NCBI GenBank assembly: GCA_964016885.1
Contig: OZ024741.1
Location: 403,000,001 to 403,064,000 of the forward strand
DNA from: Eledone cirrhosa
Taxonomy: Eukaryota
DNA length: 64,000 bases
Reading direction: 5' to 3'
Shown: piece after piece, positions 46,501 to 61,500 of the stretch
Layout of the letters: each line of letters starts with the position of its first letter
How positions within the stretch are numbered: position 1 is the stretch's first letter
The notes under the pieces: model-generated
What the model saw: only the letters and a program-made list of their open reading frames with translations
Database searches by the model: none
What the model was told of the DNA's origin: nothing
Made by a program: the position numbers and the translations under genes

Positions 46501-49500
46501 ATAACTTCCACTACAGTCTCTCTATATTCTCAGTTACTGGCAGACATAACTTCCACTACAGTCTCTCTATATTCCCAGTTACTGCCAGACATCACTTCCA
46601 CTACAGTCTCTCTATATTCTCAGTTACTGCCAGACATAACTTCCACTACAGTCTCTCTATATTCTCAGTTACTGCCAGACATAACTTCCACTACAGTCTC
46701 TCTATATTCTCAGTTACTGCCAGACATAACTTCCACTACAGTCTCTCTATATTCTCAGTTACTGGCAGACATAACTTCCACTACAGTCTCTCTATATTCT
46801 CAGTTACTGCCAGACATCACTTCCACTACAGTCTCTCTATATTCCCAGTTACTGCCAGACATAACTTCCAGTACAGTCTCTCTATATTCTCAGTTACTGG
46901 CAGACATAACTTCCACTACAGTCTCTCTATATTCTCAGTTACTGCCTGACATCACTTCCACTACATTCTCTCTATATTCTCAGTTACTGCCAGACATAAG
47001 TTCCACTACAGTCTCTCTATATTCCCAGTTACTGCCAGAGTTAACTTCCACTACAGTCTCTCTGTATTCTCAGTTACTGACAGACATCACTTCCACTACA
47101 TTCTCTCTATATTCCCAGTTACTGCCAGACATAACTTCCACTACAGTCTCTCTATATTCTCAGTTACTGGCAGACATAACTTCCACTACAGTCTCTCTAT
47201 ATTCTCAGTTACTGCCAGAGTTAACTTCCACTACAGTCTCTCTATATTCTCAGTTACTACCAGACATAACTTCCACTACAGTCTCTCTATATTCTTAGTT
47301 ACTGCCAGACATGACTTCCACTACAGTCTCTCTATATTCTCAGTTACTGCCTGACATCACTTACACTACAGTCTCTCTATATTCTCAGTTACTGCCAGAG
47401 TTAACTTCCACTACAGTCTCTCTATATTCTCAGTTACTACCAGACATAACTTCCACTACATTCTCTCTATATTCTCAGTTACTGCCAGACATAACTTCCA
47501 CTACAGTCTCTCTATATTCTCAGTTACTGCCTGACATCACTTACACTACATTCTCTCTATATTCTCAGTTACTGCCAGACATAACTTCCACTACAGTCTC
47601 TCTATATTCTCAGTTACTGCCAGAGTTAACTTCCACTACAGTCTCTCTATATTCTCAGTTACTGCCTGACATCACTTCCACTACAGTCTCTCTATATTCT
47701 CAGTTACTGCCAGAGTTAACTTCCACTACAGTCTCTCTATATTCTCAGTTACTGGCAGACATAACTTCCACTACAGTCTCTCTATATTCTCAGTTACTGC
47801 CAGACATCACTTCCACTACAGTCTCTCTATATTCTCAGTTACTGCCAGACATCACTTCCACTACATTCTCTCTATATTCTCAGTTACTGCCAGACATGAC
47901 TTCCACTACACTCTCTCTATATTCTCAGTTACTGGCAGACATCACTTCCACTACAATCTCTCTATATTCTCAGTTACTGCCAGACATAACTTCCACTACA
48001 GTCTCTCTATATTCTCATTTACTGCCAGACATGACTTCCACTACAGTCTCTCTATATTCTTAGTTACTGGCATACATAACTTCCACTACAGTCTCTCTAT
48101 ATTCTCAGTTACTGGCAGACATAACTTCCAGTACAGTCTCTCTATATTCTCAGTTACTGGCAGACATCACTTCCACTACAGTCTCTCTATATTCTCAGTT
48201 ACTGCCAGACATCACTTCCACTACAGTCTCTCTATATTCTCAGTTACTGCCAGACATCACTTCCACTACAGTCTCTCTATATTCTCAGATACTGGCAGAG
48301 TTAACTTCCACTACAGTCTCTCTATATTCTCAGTTACTGCCAGACATAACTTCCACTACAGTCTCTCTATATTCTCAGTTAATGCCGGAGTTAACTTCCC
48401 CTACAGTCTCTCTATATTCTCAGTTAATGCCAGACATCACTTCCACTACAGTCTCTCTATATTCTCAGTTACTGCCAGAGTTAACTTCCACTACAGTCTC
48501 TCTATATTCTCAGTTACTGGCAGACATCACTTCCACTACAGTCTCTCTATATTCTCAGTTACTGGCAGACATAACTTCCACTACAGTCTCTCTATATTCT
48601 CAGTTACTGGCAGACATCACTTCTACTACAGTCTCTCTATATTCTCAGTTACTGGCAGACATCACTTCCACTACAGTCTCTCTATATTCTCAGTTACTGC
48701 TAAACATCACTTCCACTACAGTCTCTCTATATTCTCAGTTACTGCCAGACATAACTTCCACTACAGTTCTCTATATTCTCAGTTACTGGCAGACATAACT
48801 TCCACTACAGTCTCTCTATATTCTCAGTTACTGGCAGACATAACTTCCACTACAGTCTCTCTATATTCTCAGTTACTGGCAGACATAACTTCCACTACAG
48901 TCTCTCTATATTCTCAGTTACTGCCAGACATCACTTCCACTACAGTCTCTCTATATTCCCAGTTACTGCCAGACATAACTTCCAGTACAGTCTCTCTATA
49001 TTCTCAGTTACTGGCAGACATAACCTCCACTACAGTCTCTCTATATTCTCAGTTACTGCCTGACATCACTTCCACTACATTCTCTCTATATTCTCAGTTA
49101 CTGCCAGACATAACTTCCACTACAGTCTCTCTATATTCTCAGTTACTGGCAGACATAACTTCCACTACAGTCTCTCTATATTCTCAGTTACTGCCTGACA
49201 TCACTTACACTACATTCTCTCTATATTCTCAGTTACTGCCAGACATAACTTCCACTACAGTCTCTCTATATTCTCAGTTACTGCCAGAGTTAACTTCCAC
49301 TACAGTCTCTCTATAGTCTCAGTTACTGCCTGACATCACTTCCACTACAGTCTCTCTATATTCTCAGTTACTGCCAGAGTTAACTTCCACTACAGTCTCT
49401 CTATATTCTCAGTTACTGCCAGACATAACTTCCACTACAGTCTCTCTATATTCTCAGTTACTGCCAGACATAACTTCCACTACAGTCTCTCTATATTCTC

Positions 49501-52500
49501 AGTTACTGCCAGACATAACTTCCACTACAGTCTCTCTATATTCCCAGTTACTGCCAGAGTTAACTTCCACTACAGTCTCTCTATATTCTCAGTTACTGGC
49601 AGACATAACTTCCACTACAGTCTCTCTATATTCCCGGTTACTGCCAGACATAACTTCCACTACAGTCTCTCTATATTCTCAGTTACTGCCAGACATAACT
49701 TCCACTACAGTCTCTCTATATTCCCAGTTACTGCCAGACATAACTTCCACTACAGTCTCTCTATATTCCCAGTTACTGCCATAGTTAACTTCCACTACAG
49801 TCTCTCTATATTCCCAGTTACTGCCAGAGTTAACTTCCACTACAGTCTCTTTATATTCTCAGTTACTGCCAGACATCACTTCCACTACATTCTCTCTATA
49901 TTCCCAGTTACTGCCAGACATAACTTCCACTACAGTCTCTGTATATTCCCAGTTACTGCCAGAGTTAACTTCCACTACAGTCTCTCTATATTCTCAGTTA
50001 CTGCCAGAGTTAACTTCCACTACAGTCTCTCTATATTCTCAGTTACTGCCAGACATAACTTCCACTACAGTCTCTCTATGTTCTCAGTTACTGGCAGACA
50101 TAACTTCCACTACAGTCTCTCTATATTCTCAGTTACTGCCAGAGTTAACTTCCACTACAGTCTCTCTATATTCTCAGCTACTGCCAGAGTTAACTTCCAC
50201 TACAGTCTCTCTATATTCCCAGTTACTGGCAGACATAACTTCCACTACAGTCTCTCTATATTCTCAGTTACTGCCAGACATAACTTCCACTACAGTCTCT
50301 CTATATTCTCAGTTACTGGCAGACATAACTTCCACTACAAGTTCTCTATATTCTCAGTTACTGCCAGATATAAATTCCACTACAGTCTCTCTATATTCTC
50401 AGTTACTGCCAGACATAACTTCCACTACAGTCTCTCTATATTCCCAGTTACTGGCAGAGTTAACTTCCACTACAGTCTCTCTATATTCTCAGTTACTGGC
50501 ATACATAACTTCCACTACAGTCTCTCTATATTCTCAGTTACTGGCAGAGTTAACTTCCACTACATTCTCTCTATATTCTCAGTTACTGCCTGACATCACT
50601 TCCACTACAGTCTCTCTATATTCTCAGTTACTGCCAGAGTTAACTTCCACTACAGTCTCTCTATATTCTCAGTTACTGCCTGACATAACTTCCACTACAG
50701 TCTCTCTATATTCTCAGTTACTGGCAGACATCACTTCCACTACAGTCTCTCTATATTCTCAGTTACTGGCAGACATAACTTCCACTACAGTCTCTCTATA
50801 TTCTCAGTTACTGCCAGAGTTAACTTCCACTACATTCTCTCTATATTCTCAGTTACTGCCTGACATCACTTCCACTACAGTCTCTCTATATTCTCAGTTA
50901 CTGGCAGACATCACTTCCACTACAGTCTCTCTATATTCTCAGTTACTGCCTGACATAACTTCCACTACAGTCTCTCTATATTCTCAGTTACTGGCAGACA
51001 TCACTTCCACTACAGTCTCTCTATATTCTCAGTTACTGGCAGACATCACTTCCACTACAGTCTCTCTATATTCTCAGTTACTGGCAGACATAACTTCCAC
51101 TACAGTCTCTCTATATTCTCAGTTACTGCCAGAGTTAACTTCCACTACATTCTCTCTATATTCTCAGTTACTGCCTGACATCACTTCCACTACAGTCTCT
51201 CTATATTCTCAGCTACTGCCAGAGTTAACTTCCACTACATTCTCTCTATATTCTCAGTTACTACCAGACATAACTTCCACTACAGACTCTCTATAATCTC
51301 AGTTACTGCCAGACTTAACTTCCACTACATTCTCTCTATATTCTCAGTTACTGCCAGACATAACTTCCACTACAGTCTCTCTATATTCTCAGTTACTGCC
51401 AGAGTTAACTTCCACTACAGTCTCTCTATATTCTCAGTTACTGCCAGAGTTAACTTCCACTACAGTCTCTCTATATTCTCAGTTACTGGCAGACATAACT
51501 TCCACTACAGTCTCTCTATATTCCCAGTTACTGCCAGACATAACTTCCACTACAGTCTCTGTATATTCTCAGTTACTGCCAGACATCACTTCCACTACAG
51601 TCTCTCTATATTCTCAGTTACTGCCACAGTTAACTTCCACTACAGTGTCTCTATATTCCCAGTTACTGCCAGACATAACTTCCACTCCAGTCTCTCTATA
51701 TTCTCAGTTACTGCCAGAGTTAACTTCCACAACAGTGTCTCTATATTCCCAGTTACTGGCAGAGTTAACTTCCACTACAGTCTCTCTATATTCCCAGCTA
51801 CTGCCAGAGTTAACTTCCCCTACAGTCTCTCTATATTCTCTCAGTTACTGGCAGACATAACTTCCACTACAGTCTCTCTATATTCTCAGTTACTGGCAGA
51901 GTTAACTTCCACTACAGTCTCTCTATATTCTCAGTTACTGCCAGACATAACTTCCACTACAGTCTCTCTATATTCTCTCAGTTACTGGCAGACATATCTT
52001 CTACTACAGTCTCTTTATATTCTCAGTTACTGCCAAACATAACTTCCACTACAGTCTCTCTATATTCTCAGTTACTGCCAGACATCACTTCCACTACAGT
52101 CTCTCTATATTCCCAGTTACTGGCAGAATTAACTTCCACTACAGTCTCTCTATATTCTCAGTTACTGGCAGACATCACTTCTACTACAGTCTCTCTATAT
52201 TCTCAGTTACTGCCAGACATCACTTCCACTACATTCTCTCTATATTCTCAGTTACTGCCAGACATGACTTCCACTACAGTCTCTCTATATTCTCAGTTAC
52301 TGGCAGACATAACTTCCACTACAGTCTCTCTATATTCTCAGTTACTGGCAGACATCACTTCCACTACGGTCTCTCTATATTCTCAGTTACTGCCAGACAT
52401 CACTTCCACTACAGTCTCTCTATATTCTCAGTTACTGCCAGACATCACTTCCACTACATTCTCTCTATATTCCCAGTTACTGGCAGAATTAACTTCCACT

Positions 52501-55500
52501 ACAGTCTCTCTATATTCTCAGTTACTGCCAGACATAACTTCCACTACAGTCTCTCTATATTCTCAGTTACTGCCAGACATCACTTCCACTACATTCTCTC
52601 TATATTCTCAGTTACTGCCAGACATAACTTCCATTACAGTCTCTCTATATTCTCAGTTACTGCCAGACATCACTTCCACTACAGTCTCTCTATATTCCCA
52701 GTTACTGGCAGAGTTAACTTCCACTACAGTCTCTCTATATTCTCAGCTACTGCCAGAGTTAACTTCCCCTACAGTCTCTCTATATTCTCACAGTTACTGG
52801 CAGACATAACTTCCACTACAGTCTCTCTATATTCTCAGTTACTGGCAGAGTTAACTTCCACTACAGTCTCTCTATATTCTCAGTTACTGCCAGACATCAC
52901 TTCCACTACAGTCTCTCTATATTCTCAGTTACTGGCAGACATGACTTCCACTACAGTCTCTCTATATTCTCAGTTACTGGCAGACATAACTTCCACTACA
53001 GTCTCTCTATATTCTCAGTTACTGGCAGACATGACTTCCACTACAGTCTCTCTATATTCTCAGTTACTGCCAGACATAACTTCCACTACAGTCTCTCTAT
53101 ATTCTCAGTTACTGCCTGACATCACTTCCACTACATTCTCTCTATATTCTCAGTTACTGCCAGACATAACTTCCACTACAGTCTCTCTATATTCTCAGTT
53201 ACTGCCAGACATCACTTCCACTACATTCTCTCTATATTCTCAGTTACTGGCAGACATCACTTCCACTACAGTCTCTCTATATTCTCAGTTACTGGCAGAC
53301 ATCACTGCCACTACAGTCTCTCTATATTCTCAGTTACTGCCAGACATCACTTCCACTACATTCTCTCTACATTCTCAGTTACTGCCAGACATAACTTCCA
53401 CTACAGTCTCTCTATATTCTCAGTTACTGGCAGACATCACTGCCACTACAGTCTCTCTATATTCTCAGTTACTGCCAGACATAACTTCCACTACAGTCTC
53501 TCTATATTCTCAGTTACTGCCAGACATAACTTCCACTACAGTCTCTCTATATTCTCAGTTACTGCCAGACATCACTTCCACTACATTCTCTCTATATTCT
53601 CAGTTACTGCCAGACATAACTTCCACTACAGTCTCTCTATATTCTCAGTTACTGCCAGACATAACTTCCACTACAGTCTCTCTATATTCTCAGTTACTGG
53701 CAGAGTTAACTTCCACTACATTCTCTCTATATTCCCAGTTACTGCCAGACATAACTTCCACTACAGTCTCTCTATATTCTCAGTTACTGCCAGAGTTAAC
53801 TTCTACTACAGTCTCTCTATATTCTCAGTTACTGGCAGACATCACTTCCACTACGGTCTCTCTATATTCTCAGTTACTGCCAGACATCACTTCCACTACA
53901 GTCTCTCTATATTCCCAGTTACTGGCAGAGTTAACTTCCACTACATTCTCTCTATATTCGCAGTTACTGCCAGACATAACCGCCACTACATTCTCTCTAT
54001 ATTCTCAGTTACTGCCAGACATAACTTCCACTACAGTCTCTCTATATTCTCAGTTACTGCCAGACATAACTTCCACTACAGTCTCTCTATATTCTCAGTT
54101 ACTGGCAGAGTTAACTTCCACTACATTCTCTCTATATTCTCAGTTACTGCCAGAGTTAACTTCTACTACAGTCTCTCTATATTCTCAGTTACTGGCAGAC
54201 ATCACTTCCACTACAGTCTCTCTATATTCTCAGTTACTGCCAGACATAACTTCCACTACAGTCTCTCTATATTCCCAGTTACTGCCAGACATAACTTCCA
54301 CTACAGTCTCTCTATATTCTCAGTTACTGCCAGACATAACTTCCACTACAGTCTCTCTATATTCCCAGTTACTGCCAGAGTTAACTTCCACTACAGTCTC
54401 TCTATATTCTCAGTTACTGGCAGACATAACGTCCACTACAGTCTCTCTATATTCCCGGTTACTGCCAGACATAACTTCCACTACAGTCTCTCTATATTCT
54501 CAGTTACTGCCAGACATAACTTCCACTACAGTCTCTCTATATTCCCAGTTACTGCCAGACATAACTTCCACTACAGTCTCTCTATATTCCCAGTTACTGC
54601 CATAGTTAACTTCCACTACAGTCTCTCTATATTCCCAGTTACTGCCAGAGTTAACTTCCACTACAGTCTCTTTATATTCCCAGTTACTGCCAGACATAAC
54701 TTCCACTACAGTCTCTGTATATTCCCAGTTACTGTCAGAGTTAACTTCCACTACAGTCTCTCTATATTCTCAGTTACTGCCTGACATCACTTCCACTACA
54801 GTCTCTCTATATTCTCAGTTACTGCCAGACATAACTTCCACTACAGTCTCTCTATGTTCACAGTTACTGGCAGACATAACTTCCACTACAGTCTCTCTAT
54901 ATTCTCAGTTACTGCCAGAGTTAACTTCCACTACAGTCTCTCTATATTCTCAGCTACTGCCAGAGTTAACTTCCACTACAGTCTCTCTATATTCCCAGTT
55001 ACTGGCAGACATAACTTCCACTACAGTCTCTCTATATACTCAGTTACTGCCAGACATAACTTCCACTACAGTCTCTCTATATTCTCAGTTACTGGCAGAC
55101 ATAACTTCCACTACAAGTTCTCTATATTCTCAGTTACTGCCAGATATAAATTCCACTACAGTCTCTCTATATTCTCAGTTACTGCCAGACATAACTTCCA
55201 CTACAGTCTCTCTATATTCTCAGTTACTGCCAGACATAACTTCCACTACAGTCTCTCTATATTCCCAGTTACTGGCAGAGTTAACTTCCACTACAGTCTC
55301 TCTATATTCTCAGTTACTGGCATACATAACTTCCACTACAGTCTCTCTATATTCTCAGTTACTGGCAGAGTTAACTTCCACTACAGTCTCTCTATATTCT
55401 CAGTTACTGGCATACATAACTTCCACTACAGTCTCTCTATATTCTCAGTTACTGGCAGACATATCTTCCACTACAGTCTCTCTATATTCTCAGTTACTGC

Positions 55501-58500
55501 CAGAGTTAACTTCCACTACATTCTCTCTATATTCTCAGTTACTGCCTGACATCACTTCCACTACAGTCTCTCTATATTCTCAGTTACTGCCAGAGTTAAC
55601 TTCCACTACAGTCTCTCTATATTCTCAGTTACTGCCTGACATAAATTCCACTACAGTCTCTCTATATTCTCAGTTACTACCAGACATAACTTCCACTACA
55701 GTCTCTCTATAATCTCAGTTACTGCCAGACTTAACTTCCACTACATTCTCTCTATATTCTCAGTTACTGCCAGACATAACTTCCACTACAGTCTCTGTAT
55801 ATTCTCAGTTACTGCCAGAGTTAACTTCCACTACAGTCTCTCTATATTCTCAGTTACTGCCAGACATCACTTCCACTACAGTCTCTCTATATTCTCAGTT
55901 ACTGCCAGAGTTAACTTCCACTACAGTGTCTCTATATTCCCAGTTACTGCCAGACATAACTTCCACTCCAGTCTCTCTATATTCTCAGTTACTGCCAGAG
56001 TTAACTTCCACAACAGTGTCTCTATATTCCCAGTTACTGCCAGACATAACTTCCACTACAGTCTCTCTATATTCTCAGTTACTGCCAGAGTTAACTTCCA
56101 CTACAGTCTCTCTATATTCTCAGTTACTGCCAGACATCACTTCCACTACAGTCTCTCTATATTCTCAGTTACTGCCAGAGTTAACTTCCACTACAGTCTC
56201 TCTATATTCTCAGTTAATGGCAGACATAACTTCCACTACAGTCTCTCTATATTCTCAGTTACTGCCAGACATAACTACCACTACAGTCTCTCTATATTCC
56301 CAGTTACTGCCAGACATAACTTCCACTACAGTCTCTCTATATTCTCAGCTACAGCCAGAGTTAACTTCCACTACAGTCTCTCTATATTCCCAGTTAATGG
56401 CAGACATAACTTCCACTACAGTCTCTCTATATTCTCAGTTACTGCCAGAGTTAACTTCCACTACAGACTCTCTATATTCCCAGTTACTGCCAGACATCAC
56501 TTCCACTACAGTCTCTCTATATTCTCAGTTACTGGCAGACATCACTTCCACTACAGTCTCTCTATATTCTCAGTTACTGGCAGACATCACTTCCACTACA
56601 GTCTCTCTATATTCTCAGTTACTACCAGACATCACTTCCACTACAGTCTCTCTATATTCTCTCAGTTACTGACAGACATCACTTCCACTACAGTCTCTCT
56701 ATATTCTCAGTTACTGCCAGACATAACTTCCACTACAGTCTCTCTATATTCTCAGTTACTGCCAGACATCACTTCCACCACATTCTCTCTATATTCTCAG
56801 TTACTGCCAGACATAACTTCCACTACAGTCTCTCTATATTCCCAGTTACTGGCAGAGTTAACTTCCACTACAGTCTCTCTATATTCTCAGTTACTGGCAT
56901 CCATAACTTCCACTACAGTCTCTCTATATTCTCAGTTACTGGCAGAGTTATCTTCCACTACAGTCTCTCTATATTCTCAGTTACTGGCATACATAACTTC
57001 CACTACAGTCTCTCTATATTCTCAGTTACTGGCAGACATAACTTCCACTACAGTCTCTCTATATTCTCAGTTACTGCCAGAGTTAACTTCCACTACATTC
57101 TCTCTATATTCTCAGTTACTGCCTGACATCACTTCCACTACAGTCTCTCTATATTCTCAGTTACTGCCAGAGTTAACTTCCACTACAGTCTCTCTATATT
57201 CTCAGTTACTGCCTGACATAACTTCCACTACAGTCTCTCTATATTCTCAGTTACTACCAGACATAACTTCCACTACATTCTCTCTATAATCTCAGTTACT
57301 GCCAGACTTAACTTCCACTACATTCTCTCTATATTCTCAGTTACTGCCAGAGTTAACTTCCACAAAAGTGTCTCTATATTCTCAGTTACTGCCAGACATC
57401 ACTTCCACTACAGTCTCTCTATATTCTCAGTTACTGCCAGAGTTAACTTCCACTACAGTGTCTCTATATTCCCAGTTACTGCCAGACATAACTTCCACTC
57501 CAGTCTCTCTATATTCTCAGTTACTGCCAGAGTTAACTTCCACAACAGTGTCTCTATATTCCCAGTTACTGCCAGACATAACTTCCACTACAAGTTCTCT
57601 ATATTCTCAGTTACTGCCAGATATAAATTCCACTACAAGTTCTCTATATTCTCAGTTACTGCCAGATATAAATTCCACTACAGTCTCTCTATATTCTCAG
57701 TTACTGCCAGACATAACTTCCACTACAGTCTCTCTATATTCTCAGTTACTGCCAGACATAACTTCCACTACAGTCTCTCTATATTCCCAGTTACTGGCAG
57801 AGTTAACTTCCACTACAGTCTCTCTATATTCTCAGTTACTGGCATACATAACTTCCACTACAGTCTCTCTATATTCTCAGTTACTGGCAGAGTTAACTTC
57901 CACTACAGTCTCTCTATATTCTCAGTTACTGGCATACATAACTTCCACTACAGTCTCTCTATATTCTCAGTTACTGGCAGACATAACTTCCACTACAGTC
58001 TCTCTATATTCGCAGTTACTGCCAGAGTTAACTTCCACTACATTCTCTCGATATTCTCAGTTACTGCCTGACATCACTTCCACTACATTCTCTCTATATT
58101 CTCAGTTACTGCCAGAGTTAACTTCCACTACAGTCTCTCTATATTCTCAGTTACTGCCAGAGTTAAATTCCACTACAGTCTCTCTGTATTCTCAGTTACT
58201 GCCACAGTTAACTTCCACTACAGTCTCTCTATATTCTCAGTTACTGGCAGACATAACTTCCACTACAGTCTCTCTAAATTCTCAGTTACTACCAGACATA
58301 ACTTCCACTACAGTCTCTCTATAATCTCAGTTACTGCCAGACTTAACTTCCACTACATTCTCTCTATACTCTCAGTTACTGCCAGACATAACTTCCACTA
58401 CAGTCTCTCTCTATTCTCAGTTACTGCCAGAGTCAACTTCCACTACAGTCTCTCTATATTCTCAGTTACTGCCAGAGTTAAATTCCACTACAGTCTCTCT

Positions 58501-61500
58501 ATATTCTCAGTTACTGCCAGAGTTAACTTCCACTACAGTCTCTCTATATTCTCAGTTACTGCCAGAGTTAACTTCCACTACAGTCTCTCTATATTCTCAG
58601 TTACTGCCAGACATAACTTCCACTACAGTCTCTGTATATTCTCAGTTACTGCCAGACATCACTTCCACTACAGTCTCTCTATATTCTCAGTTACTGCCAG
58701 AGTTAACTTCCACAACAGTGTCTCTATATTCCCAGTTACTGCCAGACATAACTTCCACTACAGTCTCTCTATATTCTCAGTTACTGCCAGAGAGAACTTC
58801 CACTACAGTCTCTCTATATTCTCAGTTACTGCCAGACATCACTTCCACTACAGTCTCTCTATATTCTCAGTTACTGCCAGAGTTAACTTCCACTACAGTC
58901 TCTCTATATTCTCAGTTAATGGCAGACATAACTTCCACTATAGTCTCTCTATATTCTCAGTTACTGCCAGACATAACTACCACTACAGTCTCTCTATATT
59001 CCCAGTTACTGCCAGACATAACTTCCACTACAGTCTCTCTATATTCTCAGCTACTGCCAGAGTTAACTTCCACTACAGTCTCTCTATATTCCCAGTTACT
59101 GGCAGACATAACTTCCACTACAGTCTCTCTATATTCTCAGTTACTGCCAGAGTTAACTTCCACTACAGTCTCTGTATATTCCCAGTTACTGCCAGACATC
59201 ACTTCCACTACAGTCTCTCTATATTCTCAGTTACTGGCAGACATCACTTCCACTACAGTGTCTATATAATCTCAGTTACTGGCAGACATCACTTCCACTA
59301 CAGTCTCTCTATATTCTCAGTTACTACCAGACATCACTTCCACTACAGTCTCTCTATATTCTCTCAGTTACTGACAGACATCACTTCCACTACAGTCTCT
59401 CTATATTCTCAGTTACTGCCAGACATAACTTCCACTACAGTCTCTCTATATTCTCAGTTACTGCCAGACATCACTTCCACTACATTCTCTCTATATTCTC
59501 AGTTACTGCCAGACATAACTTCCACTACATTCTCTCTATATTCCGAGTTACTGGCAGAGTTAACTTCCACTACAGTCTCTCTATATTCTCAGTTACTGGC
59601 ATCCATAACTTCCACTACAGTCTCTCTATATTCTCAGTTACTGGCAGACATAACTTCCACTACAGTCTCTCTATATTCTCAGTTACTGCCAGAGTTAACT
59701 TCCACTACATTCTCTCTATATTCTCAGTTACTGCCTGACATCACTTCCACTACAGTCTCTCTATATTCTCAGTTACTGCCAGAGTTAACTTCCACTACAG
59801 TCTCTCTATATTCTCAGTTACTGCCAGAGTTAACTTCCACTACAGTCTCTCTATATTCTCAGTTACTGCCTGACATAACTTCCACTACATTCTCTCTATA
59901 TTCACAGTTACTGGCAGACATAACTTCCACTACAGTCTCTGTATATTCTCAGTTACTGCCAGACATCACTTCCACTACAGTCTCTCTATATTCTCAGTTA
60001 CTGCCAGTGTTAACTTCCACAAAAGTGTCTCTATATTCTCAGTTACTGCCAGACATCACTTCCACTACAGTCTCTCTATATTCTCAGTTACTGCCAGAGT
60101 TAACTTCCACTACAGTGTCTCTATATTCCAGTTACTGCCAGACATAACTTCCACTCCAGTCTCTCTATATTCTCAGTTACTGCCAGAGTTAACTTCCACA
60201 ACAGTGTCTCTATATTCCCAGTTACTGCCAGACATAACTTCCACTACAGTCTCTCTATATTCTCAGTTACTGCCAGAGTTAACTTCCACTACAGTCTCTC
60301 TATATTCTCAGTTACTGCCAGACATCACTTCCACTACAGTCTCTCTATATTCTCAGTTACTGCCAGAGTTAACTTCCACTACAGTCTCTCTATATTCTCA
60401 GTTAATGGCAGACATAACTTCCTCTACAGTCTCTCTATATTCTCAGTTACTACCAGACATCACTTCCACTACAGTCTCTCTATATTCTCTCAGTTACTGA
60501 CAGACATCACTTCCACTACAGTCTCTCTATATTCTCAGTTACTGCCAGACATAACTTCCACTACAGTCTCTCTATATTCTCAGTTACTGCCAGACATCAC
60601 CTCCACTACAATCTCTCTATATTCTCAGTTACTGCCAGACATAACTTCCACTACAGTCTCTCTATATTCTCAGTTACTGCCAGACATCACCTCCACTACA
60701 ATCTCTCTATATTCTCAGTTACTGCCAGACATAACTTCCACTACAGTCTCTCTATATTCTCAGTTACTGCCAGACATCACCTCCACTACAATCTCTCTAT
60801 ATTCTCAGTTACTGCCAGACATAACTTCCACTACAGTCTCTCTATATTCTCAGTTACTGCCAGACATCACCTCCACTACAATCTCTCTATATTCTCAGTT
60901 ACTGCCAGACTTAACTTCCACTACAGTCTCTCTATATTCCCAGTTACTGGCAGAGTTAACTTCCAATACAGTCTCTCTATATTCTCAGTTACTGGCATAC
61001 ATAACTTCCACTACAGTCTCTCTATATTCTCAGTTACTGGCAGAGTTATCTTCCACTACAGTCTCTCTATATTCTCAGTTACTGGCATACATAACTTCCA
61101 CTACAGTCTCTCTATATTCTCAGTTACTGGCAGACATAACTTCCACTACAGTCTCTCTATATTCTCAGTTACTGCCAGAGTTAACTTCCACTACAATCTC
61201 TCTATATTCTCAGTTACTGCCTGACATAACTTCCACTACTGTCTCTCTATATTCTCAGTTACTACCAGACATAACTTCCACTACAGTCTCTCTATAATCT
61301 CAGTTACTGCCAGACTAAACTTCCACTACAGTCTCTCTATATTCTCAGTTACTGCCAGAGTTAACTTCCACTACAGTCTCTCTATATTCTCAGTTACTGC
61401 CAGAGTTAACTTCCACTACAGTCTCTCTATATTCTCAGTTACTGCCAGAGTTAACTTCCACTACAGTCTCTGTATATTCTCAGTTACTGGCAGACATAAC